64,000 nt of DNA from Solirubrobacterales bacterium (GCA_033856255.1 JAWVFH010000010.1:8984-72983), one strand, 5' to 3'; positions 55,288-64,000 are shown, counted from the stretch's first letter. A program made the numbers and translations. Notes: a model not told the origin generated them from the sequence alone.

Positions 55288-55683
55288 TCAGCTCGGGTTG
55301 ACGGTGATCTCGGCGATCTGCTCGACGCGGCTCTCGAGCTCGACCTCGAACACCCCGGCGTCGGTCGCCGGGACGTTGAACTCGACCGTGCCGCCGGCCT
55401 TGACGTCCTTGCCGACGTCATAGCCGTGGAAGTGGACCTCGTCGGCGACGTCGGAGTCGACGATGAAGCGGATGTCGTCGCCCTGGGTGAAGGTGAGCTG
55501 CTGGACGCCTCCGACCGGCTGGCCGTCCTTGACCACGATCACGGGCACCTCCGAGTCGGCGGTGGTCCCGGACGAGCTCGTGGTCGACGAGTCGTCGCCC
55601 CCGCCGCTGAGGACGATGAAGAGGACGACCGCGATGACCAGGAGGACGGCGCCGATCACGGCCGGCGTTCTCGAAGATTGCAT
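55288..55683 (-). CDS. membrane-anchored cupredoxin-like domain protein lacking a Cys ligand
   Basis: Part of ORF 55288..55716 from ATG 55683. N-terminal helix, Ser/Thr linker, then a beta-sandwich-like region (IRFIVDSDVADEVHFHGYD...GVFEVELE). Confidence 0.7.
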   Translation of the reverse strand: MQSSRTPAVIGAVLLVIAVVLFIVLSGGGDDSSTTSSSGTTADSEVPVIVVKDGQPVGGVQQLTFTQGDDIRFIVDSDVADEVHFHGYDVGKDVKAGGTVEFNVPATDAGVFEVELESRVEQIAEITVNPS

Positions 55684-55818
55684 GGCGCGGCATCTTACGT
55701 CGCCGCCTCTAAACACACGCTAATCACGCGGGGTTGGCTCCCCGGCCAATCGGGTAATCTGCGGCGGCAATGGACCGGGCTCGTGGGGGGCCCGGGGGAG
55801 CAGAACGGAGACAAACCT

Positions 55819-56652
55819 ATGCATCGCAGCACGCCGCTCGGCCTGGTGGCCGGGCTGACGCTGGCCATCGCGGCCTTCGCGCCGGGCATCGCGAGCGCCT
55901 GGGCACCCGCGGGATCGGCGCCGATCCATCCGGGCGTCCAGACGGTCACGCAGGGCGCCCAGTGCACCGCCAACTTCATCTTCCAGGACAGCTCGAACGT
56001 CTACATCGGCCAGGCCGCCCACTGCTCGGGCACCGGCGCCGCCACGGACACCAACGGCTGCGACAGCGCCTCGCTGCCGATCGGCACCCCGGTCGAGGTC
56101 AGCGGCGCAAGCCGCCCGGGGACCCTGGTCTACAACTCATGGATCACGATGCAGGGGCTGGGTGAGACGAACGCCGACACCTGCGCCTACAACGATCTGG
56201 CGCTGGTCAGGCTCGACCCCGCCGACGTCACCAACGTCAACCCGTCGGTCCCCGGCTTCGGCGGACCGACCGGGCTCGGCTCGTCCGCCGCGATGCTCGG
56301 CGACACGGTGTTCACCTACGGCAACTCGTCGCTGCGCGGCGGGGTGACGAAGCTGAGCCCGAAGCAGGGGATCGTCGTCCAGGGCCAGGGCAACGGCTGG
56401 AGCCGTGAGGTCTACACGGTCACGCCCGGGATCCCCGGCGACTCGGGCAGCGGCTTCATGGACGGCTCGGGGAACGCGATCGGCGTCCTCAGCACGGTCG
56501 CGATCGCGCCGCTCGCGGGCTCCAACGGGGTCGGCGACCTGCGCCACGAGGTCGATTACATGCACGCCCACAGCTCGTTCGGGGGCGTCGGCCTGGTCAA
56601 CGGCACCCAGGCGTTCAACGGCAGCCTGGCGAACGCGATCCTGGGCGCCTAA
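55819..56652 (+). CDS. secreted S1-family (chymotrypsin-like) serine protease
   Basis: Part of ORF 55426..56652 from ATG 55819 (GGAGA upstream). Signal peptide. QAAHC (His), YNDLALV (Asp), PGDSGSG (Ser). Confidence 0.85.
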   Translation: MHRSTPLGLVAGLTLAIAAFAPGIASAWAPAGSAPIHPGVQTVTQGAQCTANFIFQDSSNVYIGQAAHCSGTGAATDTNGCDSASLPIGTPVEVSGASRPGTLVYNSWITMQGLGETNADTCAYNDLALVRLDPADVTNVNPSVPGFGGPTGLGSSAAMLGDTVFTYGNSSLRGGVTKLSPKQGIVVQGQGNGWSREVYTVTPGIPGDSGSGFMDGSGNAIGVLSTVAIAPLAGSNGVGDLRHEVDYMHAHSSFGGVGLVNGTQAFNGSLANAILGA

Positions 56653-56655
56653 GCG

Positions 56656-56808
56656 CTACGGGCCAGCGGAGCGTTCCGTCGACGTCCCCTTGTCGATCGA
56701 GGGGGCGTCGACGGTGTCGCCGCTGAAGACGAAGACGAAGATCGCGACGATCGCGATCCCCACGACGACGCCGAGGACGATCCCGATCAGGCGGTCGCCC
56801 CGAGACAT
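56656..56808 (-). CDS. tiny single-helix membrane protein (50 aa)
   Basis: Manual translation: MSRGDRLIGIVLGVVVGIAIVAIFVFVFSGDTVDAPSIDKGTSTERSAGP. Strong GC3 bias. ATG lies 9 nt after the stop of 56818..57426. No clear SD. Confidence 0.4.
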   Translation of the reverse strand: MSRGDRLIGIVLGVVVGIAIVAIFVFVFSGDTVDAPSIDKGTSTERSAGP

Positions 56809-56817
56809 ACGGCCTGA

Positions 56818-57426
56818 TCAGACCCCGTCGAGCAGACGCCAGTTGGCGCGGAAGGCGGACTCGGCTGCGGCCACCAGCTCGTCGGGATCAGCGTCGGCCC
56901 CGACCTCGGTGACCAGGTCGCGCACCTCGGCGGCGTGCTCGACGTCGCGCGTCTCGTGGACGCGGAAGTAGGCGGTCCCGGTGCCGTCGGCGAACCCGTA
57001 GCGGTCGAGCAGGCCCTCGCGCTTGGTGCGCGAGATCTGCGGCTGGCCGCTTTCGATCGCGTACAGGCGCACGAGCGTGTGGGCGAGATCGCCGGACCCG
57101 GTCCAGGCGCGCACGCACTCCTCGGTCTCGACCGTCGGCGCGTCGTCGGCATCGCCGCCCGCGGCCTCGACGAAGCCGTCCCAGAGGCGGATGTGGCCGA
57201 GCTCCTCGGCGGCGTGGCGGCGCAGCTCGGGGCGCTCGGGGAGGGCGTCGGCGGCCTCGGCGCTGATCTCCGCGATCGCCTCCACGGCGTGGCGGTACTG
57301 ACCCGAGTAACGGGCGAGCTCCTCGCCGGTCAGCTCCCCGTTCGACCAGCGCTGGTAGAAGGGATGGCGGAGGACGTTCCACCGCTCACGACTGCCCTCG
57401 ATCCGCTCCCAGGTCCGTTCATTCAC
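56818..57426 (-). CDS. TenA/PqqC-like haem-oxygenase-fold (iron-containing redox enzyme family) protein
   Basis: ORF track, 202 aa. HPFYQRW ... E..H..LW ... pattern typical of the family. Confidence 0.7.
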   Translation of the reverse strand: MNERTWERIEGSRERWNVLRHPFYQRWSNGELTGEELARYSGQYRHAVEAIAEISAEAADALPERPELRRHAAEELGHIRLWDGFVEAAGGDADDAPTVETEECVRAWTGSGDLAHTLVRLYAIESGQPQISRTKREGLLDRYGFADGTGTAYFRVHETRDVEHAAEVRDLVTEVGADADPDELVAAAESAFRANWRLLDGV

Positions 57427-57480
57427 CGCGTGCTCCCCTTCCGATCTTGCTCTATCGACGAGGGCTCAGCATAACCAACG

Positions 57481-58344
57481 GTGTGGGCGCCTCTACGATC
57501 CCCGGCCCTGCGCCCGCCCCGCGACAACATCGCTGCGCCCGTCCTGCCGCCGCGCCTGCGCTGGCTGCGGCCGGAGGGCGCCCAGGAGCGCGCGGAGCGC
57601 GCCCCGGTGCTCGCCGAGCTGACGGCGGCCGGGCCGGTGCTCGTCCACTTCTTCGACTTCGCCCAGCTGAACAGCGTCCGCACCCTGCCGTACGTGATCG
57701 CCTGGGAGCGCCGCTACCGCGACGCGGGCCTGGCGACGCTCGGCGTGCACTCGCCGCGCTTTCGGTTCAGCGGCGAGCCCGGCGCGCTGGCGCCGGCGCT
57801 GGAGCGGCTCGGCGTCGTGCATGCGGTCGCCGATGACGGCGACTACGCGGTCTGGCACGACTACGGCTGCAAGGGCTGGCCGTCGCTCTTCCTCTGGGGA
57901 CAGGGCGGCGCCCTCCGCTGGTTCCACTACGGCGAGGGCGAGTACGAGGCGACCGAGAGCGCGATCGCGGCGGAGCTGATCGCGATCGACAAGGGCTTCG
58001 CGCCCCCGGACCCGCTGGAGCCGATCCGCGCCAGCGACGCTGCGGACGCCGTCGTCGTGCCGCCGACCGAGGAGCTGTTCCCGGGGGGCTCGATCGATCA
58101 GCCGTGGGACGGCCTGGCGGCGCTCGAGCTCGAGTACGCGGCCGGCGGCGCGCACGCCTCCGTCGACGGCGCCGGTGAGCTGCGGGTCTCCGTCGACGCC
58201 GAGCCGGCGCGGGCGGTCGTCGTCCCGGGCCCGGGCCTCGTCGACCTGGCGAGCCACCCTCGCCACGGAGCGCACTCGCTGCGCCTCGAGGCCGACCCCG
58301 AGCTCGCCGTCTACTCGCTCAGCTTCTCCGCCGGGGTGCCGTAG
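57481..58344 (+). CDS. thioredoxin-fold plus beta-sandwich protein (DipZ C-terminal-like) lacking the CxxC
   Basis: ORF track, 287 aa. VLVHFFDFAQLNSVRTLPY sits where redoxin homologues carry W-x-x-S-C-I-N-C. Confidence 0.65.
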   Translation: MWAPLRSPALRPPRDNIAAPVLPPRLRWLRPEGAQERAERAPVLAELTAAGPVLVHFFDFAQLNSVRTLPYVIAWERRYRDAGLATLGVHSPRFRFSGEPGALAPALERLGVVHAVADDGDYAVWHDYGCKGWPSLFLWGQGGALRWFHYGEGEYEATESAIAAELIAIDKGFAPPDPLEPIRASDAADAVVVPPTEELFPGGSIDQPWDGLAALELEYAAGGAHASVDGAGELRVSVDAEPARAVVVPGPGLVDLASHPRHGAHSLRLEADPELAVYSLSFSAGVP

Positions 58345-58769
58345 AGCTCCGCCGGCGAGAACGAGCGGACCATCCGCTTCTCGCCCTCCCGGACGAAGCC
58401 GAAGCGCTCGTAGAGCTCGTGGGCGTCGCGCGTCGCCAGCGTCACCACCCGCAGGCCCTGGAGACGCGGATGGCCGAGCAGGGTCTCGATCAGCCAGACG
58501 CCGAGCCCGTGGCCGCGGTGGGGCTCGAGCACGAAGACGTCGGCGATCCAGGCGTAGGTGGCGCCGTCGGTGACCGCCCTCCCGAATCCCGCCTGCTCGC
58601 CGCCCGGCGCGTAGAGGCCGAGGCAGAGCGAGCCCTCGATCGCCCGCGCGACGACGTCGCGGGGGACGTTCGGCGACCAGTAGGCGCCGTGCAGGAAGGC
58701 CCAGATCGCATCGATGTCGAGCCGCTCGCGGTCGTCGGAGAGCTCGTAGCCGTCGCGCTGAGCGATCAC
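58311..58769 (-). CDS. GNAT-family N-acetyltransferase
   Basis: Protein-like tail of ORF 58311..59762 from GTG 58769, which overlaps the CDF gene stop (GTGA). HRGHGLGVWLIETLL acetyl-CoA loop. Confidence 0.8.
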   Translation of the reverse strand: MIAQRDGYELSDDRERLDIDAIWAFLHGAYWSPNVPRDVVARAIEGSLCLGLYAPGGEQAGFGRAVTDGATYAWIADVFVLEPHRGHGLGVWLIETLLGHPRLQGLRVVTLATRDAHELYERFGFVREGEKRMVRSFSPAELYGTPAEKLSE

Positions 58770-59686
58770 GTCTCGATTTGGAGCAGCTCGCCGCCCTCGT
58801 GGTCGACCTGCAACGTCGTGTGGTCGAGGCCGAAGCGCTCGTGCAGCATCGCCTCGAGCTCGCGGCGGGTGGCGTGGCAGTCGATGTCGCGGTCGACGAG
58901 CACGTGCGCGGCCAGGGCCGGGAAGCCGGAGGTGATCGTCCACACGTGCAGGTCGTGCACCTGCTTGACCCCGGCCAGCCCGGCCATGGCCCGCCCGACC
59001 TCCTCGACCTCCATCTCGGCGGGCGACGCCTCGAGCAGAATCCGCAGCGAGTCGCGCAGGATCGTCCACGAGCTGGCGAGGATGAGGACGCCGATCGCGA
59101 CGCTGACCACCGGGTCCGCGTACTCCCAGCCGGTGGCGAGGATGATCAGCGCGGCGACGATCACGCCGACGGAGCCGAGGATGTCGGCGACCACATGACG
59201 AAACGCCGCGGAGACGTTGAGGCTCTCGTCCGAGTGGCGGCGCAGGATCGAGGCGGAGGCGAGGTTGACGAACAGCCCGCCGACCGCGATCGCCAGCATC
59301 AGCCCCGCCTCGACGTCCGGCGGGTCGCCGAAGCGCATCCCGGCCTCGATGAAGATCCAGATCGAGATGGCGACCAGGGTGACGCCGTTGAAGAGCGCCG
59401 CGAGGATCTCGGCCCGGCGGTAGCCGAAGGTGCGGCTCGGCCCGCCCGGGCGCCCGGCGAGCCAGGCCGCGAACAGCGCCACCCCGAGCGAGAGCGTGTC
59501 GGACAGCATGTGCCCGGCGTCGGCGAGCAGGGCCAGGCTGCCGGCGATCAGCCCGCCGACCACCTCGGCGACCAGGAAGCCCGCGGTGAGGACGAGGACG
59601 AGCTTCAGCGCCCGCTTCGAGCCCGTGCGGTCGAGATCGACCCTGTGGGAGTGGCTGTGGTCGCCGGGCCCGGGCATCCACCTCAA
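58766..59686 (-). CDS. cation diffusion facilitator family metal exporter (CzcD/ZitB-like)
   Basis: ORF track, 306 aa (alternative ATG at 59677). N-terminal GDHSHSH, HMLSD and HVVAD sites, 6 helices, C-terminal domain. Confidence 0.88.
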   Translation of the reverse strand: MRWMPGPGDHSHSHRVDLDRTGSKRALKLVLVLTAGFLVAEVVGGLIAGSLALLADAGHMLSDTLSLGVALFAAWLAGRPGGPSRTFGYRRAEILAALFNGVTLVAISIWIFIEAGMRFGDPPDVEAGLMLAIAVGGLFVNLASASILRRHSDESLNVSAAFRHVVADILGSVGVIVAALIILATGWEYADPVVSVAIGVLILASSWTILRDSLRILLEASPAEMEVEEVGRAMAGLAGVKQVHDLHVWTITSGFPALAAHVLVDRDIDCHATRRELEAMLHERFGLDHTTLQVDHEGGELLQIET

Positions 59687-59987
59687 GGTACCGGCGGGCC
59701 GGGGCGGCGAGCCTCTCGCGCAGCCGCGGATCGCTGACGGGCGGCCGCCGAACGTCCCGCAACCGTCGCTATGCGGGGGTATCCGAGACGTTCACCGCTT
59801 CGCGGGCGAGATGGATCGCTTTTCGTCCGACCTGGTGCTCCCAGACAGGCCGCCGTCCTGGCTAGGTGTCGCCTAGCAACAGCAAAGCAGGACAGTTGCG
59901 CATTCGATGCAAAGCGGAACTTCCAGAAGCACGGCGGCTGCGGATCGCTGAGAACTGTCGGCAGCGAGCCGCGCTCGGTGGGCAGAT

Positions 59988-60998
59988 CTAGGCTCGTGCG
60001 GCGAGCTCGGTGCGGATCTTCTTCGGCAGCATGAAGCGGACGTCCTCTTCGACCGCCTGGAGCTCCGAGACGTCGCCGGCGCCCCGCTCGCGGAAGTGCT
60101 CGACCAGCTCGGCGACCAGCTCCTCGGGGGCGCTGGCGCCGGAGGTGATGCCGAGCGTCTCGACGCCCTCGAGCCACGACTCCTCGACCTGGGAGGCGTT
60201 GTCGATCAGATGCGAGGCGGCGCCGTGCTCGCGCGCAACCTCGACCAGGCGGTTCGAGTTCGAGGAGTTGGTCGAGCCGATCACGAGGACCAGCTCGCAC
60301 TCGCGGGCGAGCTGCTTGACCGCGATCTGGCGGTTGGTGGTCGCGTAACAGATGTCGTCGGACTTCGGGGACGTGATCGCCGGGAAGCGCTCCCGCAGCC
60401 GGTCGATGATCACACCGGTCTCGTCGACCGAGAGCGTCGTCTGGGTGATGAAGGCGACGTGGTCGGGGTCCGGGAGCTCGAGCGCGTCGACATCGGCCAC
60501 GGTCTCGACGAGGATGATGTTGTCCGGCGCCTCGCCGGTCGTGCCCTCGACCTCCTCGTGGCCCTGGTGGCCGATCAGGATGATCGTGTAGCCCTGCTCG
60601 GCGAACTTGCGCGCCTCGACGTGGACCTTGGTCACCAGCGGGCAGGTGGCGTCGATCGTCCGCAGGTGGCGGGCGGCGGCGTTCTCGTGGACGGCCGGCG
60701 CGACGCCGTGCGCCGAGAACACGACCAAGGCGCCCTCGGGCACCTCGGTCTCCTCCTCGACGAAGATCGCCCCGCGCTCGGCGAGCTGCTCGACCACGTG
60801 CTTGTTGTGGACGATCTCCTTGCGCACGTAGACCGGCGGCCCGTACATGTCGAGCGCCTTCTCGACCGTCTCCACGGCGCGATCGACACCGGCGCAATAG
60901 CCGCGCGGCGCGGCTAGCAGGATGCGCTTCGGCGCATGGGTTTCGGTCCTTGTTGGCACGGCCCAAGGGTAGCCGCCCTCGACCGGCGGATCAGCCAT
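59988..60998 (-). CDS. ispH: 4-hydroxy-3-methylbut-2-enyl diphosphate reductase
   Basis: Protein-like part of ORF 59988..61625. Start is ATG 60998 or GTG 60959. Cluster Cys residues in [21 protein letters not shown]. Confidence 0.9.
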   Translation of the reverse strand: MADPPVEGGYPWAVPTRTETHAPKRILLAAPRGYCAGVDRAVETVEKALDMYGPPVYVRKEIVHNKHVVEQLAERGAIFVEEETEVPEGALVVFSAHGVAPAVHENAAARHLRTIDATCPLVTKVHVEARKFAEQGYTIILIGHQGHEEVEGTTGEAPDNIILVETVADVDALELPDPDHVAFITQTTLSVDETGVIIDRLRERFPAITSPKSDDICYATTNRQIAVKQLARECELVLVIGSTNSSNSNRLVEVAREHGAASHLIDNASQVEESWLEGVETLGITSGASAPEELVAELVEHFRERGAGDVSELQAVEEDVRFMLPKKIRTELAARA

Positions 60999-61010
60999 GA
61001 TGGGACGGTC

Positions 61011-62684
61011 ATGGATGGCCCGCGCTTCGTCTCGAGCGCACTTCTCGCCACGGTCGGCCTGCTGCTCTTCGCAGCCCCGGCGCTCGCCGGCGATCCGGTT
61101 CTGAACGCCGCGAGCTACCCGGGCATGACGACGTACGACTGCGCCACGGATCCGATCACGATCTACCCGGGGCAGAACACGGACCTCTACGGGCTCACCA
61201 AGACCTGCCCCAACGCGCAGAAGGTGAGCGGCCCGGGCGACACCAGCGTCTTCGCTCCCGGCTCGACGGCGCAGGGCTACATGACCCGTTTCAAGCCGAG
61301 CATGGTCGAGGTCCACCCCGACGGCTCGCTGACCACGCCGAGCGTCTGGGACCTGCACCTGCACCACGTCGTCTGGCTCGGCCCCGGGGTCGGGTTCGGC
61401 ACCGGCGAGGAGAAGACCGAGGACAAGTTCCCCCAGGGCTACGGCTTCCAGCTCAGCGCGGACCAGACGTTCGGCCTCAACTACATGATCCACGACCTGA
61501 CCGCGGTCGCCGGGCGGCGGGTCCAGATCACCTGGCAGATCGACTGGGTGCCGGAGACGACGCCGGCGCGCACCGACATCAACCCGGTCAAGACGATCGG
61601 CCTCGACGTCGCCGGCACGCCCCACCTCTATCCGGTCTTCGACGCCGAGCGCGGCTTCGACACCAACGGCGACGGCAAGTACACCTTCCCCGACGACGTG
61701 CCGACCGATCCCGCGGCGCCGGGCTACGAGGAGCGCGAGAACGTCAGCAGCGCCTCAAGCTGGACCGTCCCGGCCGGTGGCCGCACCCTTGTCTTCGCGG
61801 CGGGCCATCTGCATCCGGGCGGCCTCTACATGGACATGCAGGTCTCCCGTGACCTCGACGGCGACGGCACCCCCGGCGACGACGCCGGCGAGACGAAGCC
61901 GCTGTTCCGCTCCGACGCCCACTACTACGAGCCCGCCGGCGCGGTCAGCTGGGACGTGGCGATGACCGCCACCCGCCCCGACTGGCGGATCCATCTCAAG
62001 GAGGGCGACGTCGTCTCGGTCAATGCCACCTACAACGTCAAGAAGGCGTCCTGGTACGAGTCGATGGGGCTGTTCCCGCTCGAGGTCAGCACCGGCGTCG
62101 ACCCGGCCGCCAAGGACCCGTTCGACGACGCCGCCGCGGTCAAGGCGATGTACGACGAGGGCGGCATGCTCACCCACGCGCGGTTGCCCGAGAACATCGA
62201 CGCCAAGGCCGACAAGGACCTCGGGCTCGCCGACCCGCGGAAGCTGAAGGGCAAGGGCAAGGTGCCGAAGTCCGGGCTGATCATCGACGGCTTCCAGTAC
62301 TCGAAGGGCGGCTACTCGGCCTTCCGCGGCTACCCGGCCTCCGGGATCCGGCCGCCGGTCGTCAAGGCGGGGACCAGCGTCACGTTCACGAACATCGAGG
62401 CCCTGCCCGAGATGTCGGACTCAGAGCAGGTCTGGCACAGCGTCACCTCCTGCCGGGCGCCCTGCAATCGCGGCTCGGGGATCGGCTACCCGCTCGCCCA
62501 GGGGCCGATCAAGTTCGACTCCGGCCAGCTCGGCTACGGCAGTGGGCTCAGCGCCGAGGTGACGACCGGTTCCAACATCTACACGACGCCGCCGCTGACC
62601 AAGCCCGGCCACACCTACACCTACTTCTGTCGCATCCACCCGTTCATGCGCGGCTCGATCCGGGTCGCCGGCGGCCGCTCCTAG
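61011..62684 (+). CDS. secreted multi-His domain protein fused to a C-terminal amicyanin/plastocyanin-like type-1 copper domain
   Basis: Part of ORF 60936..62684 from ATG 61011. Signal peptide ending ALAGD. C-terminal WHSV ... [11 protein letters not shown] supplies the His, Cys, His and Met ligands. Confidence 0.8.
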   Translation: MDGPRFVSSALLATVGLLLFAAPALAGDPVLNAASYPGMTTYDCATDPITIYPGQNTDLYGLTKTCPNAQKVSGPGDTSVFAPGSTAQGYMTRFKPSMVEVHPDGSLTTPSVWDLHLHHVVWLGPGVGFGTGEEKTEDKFPQGYGFQLSADQTFGLNYMIHDLTAVAGRRVQITWQIDWVPETTPARTDINPVKTIGLDVAGTPHLYPVFDAERGFDTNGDGKYTFPDDVPTDPAAPGYEERENVSSASSWTVPAGGRTLVFAAGHLHPGGLYMDMQVSRDLDGDGTPGDDAGETKPLFRSDAHYYEPAGAVSWDVAMTATRPDWRIHLKEGDVVSVNATYNVKKASWYESMGLFPLEVSTGVDPAAKDPFDDAAAVKAMYDEGGMLTHARLPENIDAKADKDLGLADPRKLKGKGKVPKSGLIIDGFQYSKGGYSAFRGYPASGIRPPVVKAGTSVTFTNIEALPEMSDSEQVWHSVTSCRAPCNRGSGIGYPLAQGPIKFDSGQLGYGSGLSAEVTTGSNIYTTPPLTKPGHTYTYFCRIHPFMRGSIRVAGGRS

Positions 62685-62700
62685 CGCCCGCGGCGGGTTT

Positions 62701-63600
62701 TCAGCGAATCCGGGGGATCGCTCGCAGGGCGGTCTCCCCCACGGTCTGCAGGCTGGCCGGGCAGACCTTGTCGATCGTGTCCGCCGGGGTGTGCCAGTAC
62801 CTGCCCGGGGGAGCGCCTGGACCGTAGGTGAAGTCGATCAGATCGACCGCGGGGATCCCGGCCCGAATGAACGGCGCGTGGTCGTCGCCGACCGGGAAGG
62901 TGTTGAAGCGGAAGGGCCCGGGGTCGCCGTTGAGCTCGGCCGCGGAGACGGCGAAGAGCGCATAGAGGTTCTTGTCGGAGTTGGGCTCGTAGGGAAGCTG
63001 CAGGTCGCAGTCGCCGACCATGTCGAAGAGCACCATCGCCTTGATCTCGTTCAGTGGCGCTGACCCCTGCGCGCCGCCCTGGCGGGCGTAGTCGACGTAC
63101 TGGCGGCTGCCGCGGGTGCCCTTGCGGTCGAAGTCGGCGTCGCCGGGCGACTCCTCGGCGTCGAAGGCGACCAGCTGCACCGACGGGCCGGGGAGCCGCG
63201 GGGGCAGCGAGCGCGCCAGCTCGAGCACCACCGCCACCCCGGAGGCCCCGTCGTTGGCGCCGACGAAGCGCGGGATCCCCGACTTCGTGTCGTAGTGGGC
63301 GCCGACGACCACCGTCCCCGGCAGCGTCCCCGGCAGCGTCCCTACCACGTTCTCCCACGGGCTCTGGATCGTCACCCCGGCGAGGCCGGCCGCTCGCATC
63401 CGCGAGGCGATCAGCTCAGCGGTCCGGTGCGCCGCCGCCGAGCCGGCGGGCCGCGGGCCGAGCTTCACCTGCGCCGCAAGGTCCGCAAACGCCCGCTGGG
63501 AGTCAAAGCCGGTAACGGAGGTGGTGGTCGACGCACCGCCGTTCCCACCGCAGCCGGAGAGCGCGATCAGGGTTGGTACAAGCATGGCGAGGCGGCGCAT
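62701..63600 (-). CDS. M28-family metallopeptidase lipoprotein
   Basis: ORF track, 299 aa. Lipobox ALSGC. HYDT, GANDGASG, FDAEE, DMVGD, DDHAPF ligand pattern. Confidence 0.85.
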   Translation of the reverse strand: MRRLAMLVPTLIALSGCGGNGGASTTTSVTGFDSQRAFADLAAQVKLGPRPAGSAAAHRTAELIASRMRAAGLAGVTIQSPWENVVGTLPGTLPGTVVVGAHYDTKSGIPRFVGANDGASGVAVVLELARSLPPRLPGPSVQLVAFDAEESPGDADFDRKGTRGSRQYVDYARQGGAQGSAPLNEIKAMVLFDMVGDCDLQLPYEPNSDKNLYALFAVSAAELNGDPGPFRFNTFPVGDDHAPFIRAGIPAVDLIDFTYGPGAPPGRYWHTPADTIDKVCPASLQTVGETALRAIPRIR

Positions 63601-63619
63601 TGGCGGTAAGTTAGGCCCG

Positions 63620-64000
63620 ATGTCTCAAGGACACATGGACAGACTCTCGGCGCTCGACGTCTCGTTCCTCGCCAACGAGAGCTCGGCCAGCCACATGCAC
63701 GTGGGCGGGATCTGCATCTTCGAGGGCCCGCCGCCGAGCTACGACGACCTCCTCGACCACGTGCGTTCGCGCCTTCACCTGGTCCCGCGCTTCCGCCAGA
63801 AGCTCGCCTACCCGCCGGCGCCCACCGGCCGCCCGTTCTGGGTCGACGACCCGGCCTTCAACCTCCCGTACCACGTCCGCCACTCGGCGCTGCCGTCGCC
63901 GGGCTCGGAGGAGCAGCTGCGCAACATGGCGGCCCGCGTCTTCTCCCAGCAGCTCGACCGCACGAAGCCGCTCTGGGAGCTCTGGATGGTCCAGGGGCTG
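63620..64000 (+). CDS. wax ester synthase/diacylglycerol acyltransferase (WS/DGAT) family protein, 5' part only
   Basis: Absent from the ORF track because it runs off the right edge. Manual translation from ATG 63620: MSQGHMDRLSALDVSFLANESSASHMHVGGICIFEG...FWVDDPAFNLPYHVRHSALP...KPLWELWMVQGL, a typical WS/DGAT N-terminus. Confidence 0.75.
   Translation, partial: MSQGHMDRLSALDVSFLANESSASHMHVGGICIFEGPPPSYDDLLDHVRSRLHLVPRFRQKLAYPPAPTGRPFWVDDPAFNLPYHVRHSALPSPGSEEQLRNMAARVFSQQLDRTKPLWELWMVQGL

Noticed and set aside
60936-61010. Extension of the cupredoxin-fusion ORF upstream of ATG 61011, which would overlap the ispH start region, and uncertainty over the ispH start (60998 versus 60959).
   Set aside because: The signal peptide starts right after 61011, so the extension is unnecessary. 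The ispH start cannot be resolved from sequence alone, and either choice leaves the catalytic core intact.
63316-63339. 12-bp tandem duplication CCCCGGCAGCGT x2 inside the M28 peptidase gene, giving TLPGTLPG.
   Set aside because: It is in-frame, tiny and lies in a loop-like region. It is an ordinary slippage duplication with no evidence of phase variation.

Overview
This is a 64-kb window of a very GC-rich bacterial chromosome. By eye, nearly every codon third position is G or C, and long Arg/Gly/Pro/Ala-rich shadow ORFs occur in all non-coding frames. The gene content looks Actinomycetota-like: a CysO/CysM/MoeZ thiocarboxylate cysteine pathway, a SufU-type suf system with a Rieske protein, and very short divergent intergenic spacers. 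That lineage call is an inference only. I recognised no rRNA, tRNA, CRISPR array, transposase or integrase.

Left half (about 1-34.7 kb): a large cell-envelope glycan assembly region.
- It contains an SDR epimerase, a Wzm/Wzt ABC exporter whose ATPase carries a C-terminal extension, and a PAP2 protein.
- It contains a WbaP-like initiating phosphoglycosyltransferase and about eight GT2/GT4/GT-A-like transferases. One transferase is a tandem GT2 and one is a GT2-GT4 fusion.
- It contains four SAM methyltransferases and two large polytopic membrane proteins.
- It contains a Wzy_C/O-antigen-ligase-like protein with TPR repeats and an embedded amino-acid ABC importer.
- Most strikingly, it carries a co-transcribed quartet of diverged, secreted clan GH-A-like hydrolase paralogues that share a four-cysteine signature. 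A fifth copy lies 9 kb away inside the suf cluster.
- This block sits between cysM (9.7-10.7 kb) and moeZ-like/cysO (32.1-33.6 kb), all on the minus strand, as if it split a former sulfur-carrier operon.

Right half (34.7-64 kb): housekeeping and metal-homeostasis genes.
- htpX and a HisKA_3/LuxR two-component pair.
- A split suf cluster: Rrf2 regulator, sufC, sufS, an unknown ORF and sufU, then an insertion, then Rieske, sufB and sufD.
- A Fur-family (probable Zur) regulator divergent from a metal ABC importer.
- M23, S1 and M28 peptidases, YibE/F, a CDF exporter and ispH.
- A secreted protein with an amicyanin-like cupredoxin domain, and the 5' end of a WS/DGAT acyltransferase.

Observations most worth follow-up:
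- The GH-like paralogue array.
- A repeated module of about 110 nt with a dyad core at the 3' ends of two glycosyltransferase genes.
- Two genes whose conserved N-termini lie upstream of any ATG/GTG/TTG codon, suggesting AUC/AUU starts.
- CysO with a post-GG tail, and an E1-like enzyme with an N-terminal rhodanese domain.
- An uncharacterised ORF wedged between sufS and sufU.
- A perfect 22-bp tandem repeat ahead of the two-component operon.
- A multi-His domain fused to a cupredoxin.

All functional calls come from motif recognition and memory of protein families. No searches were run.
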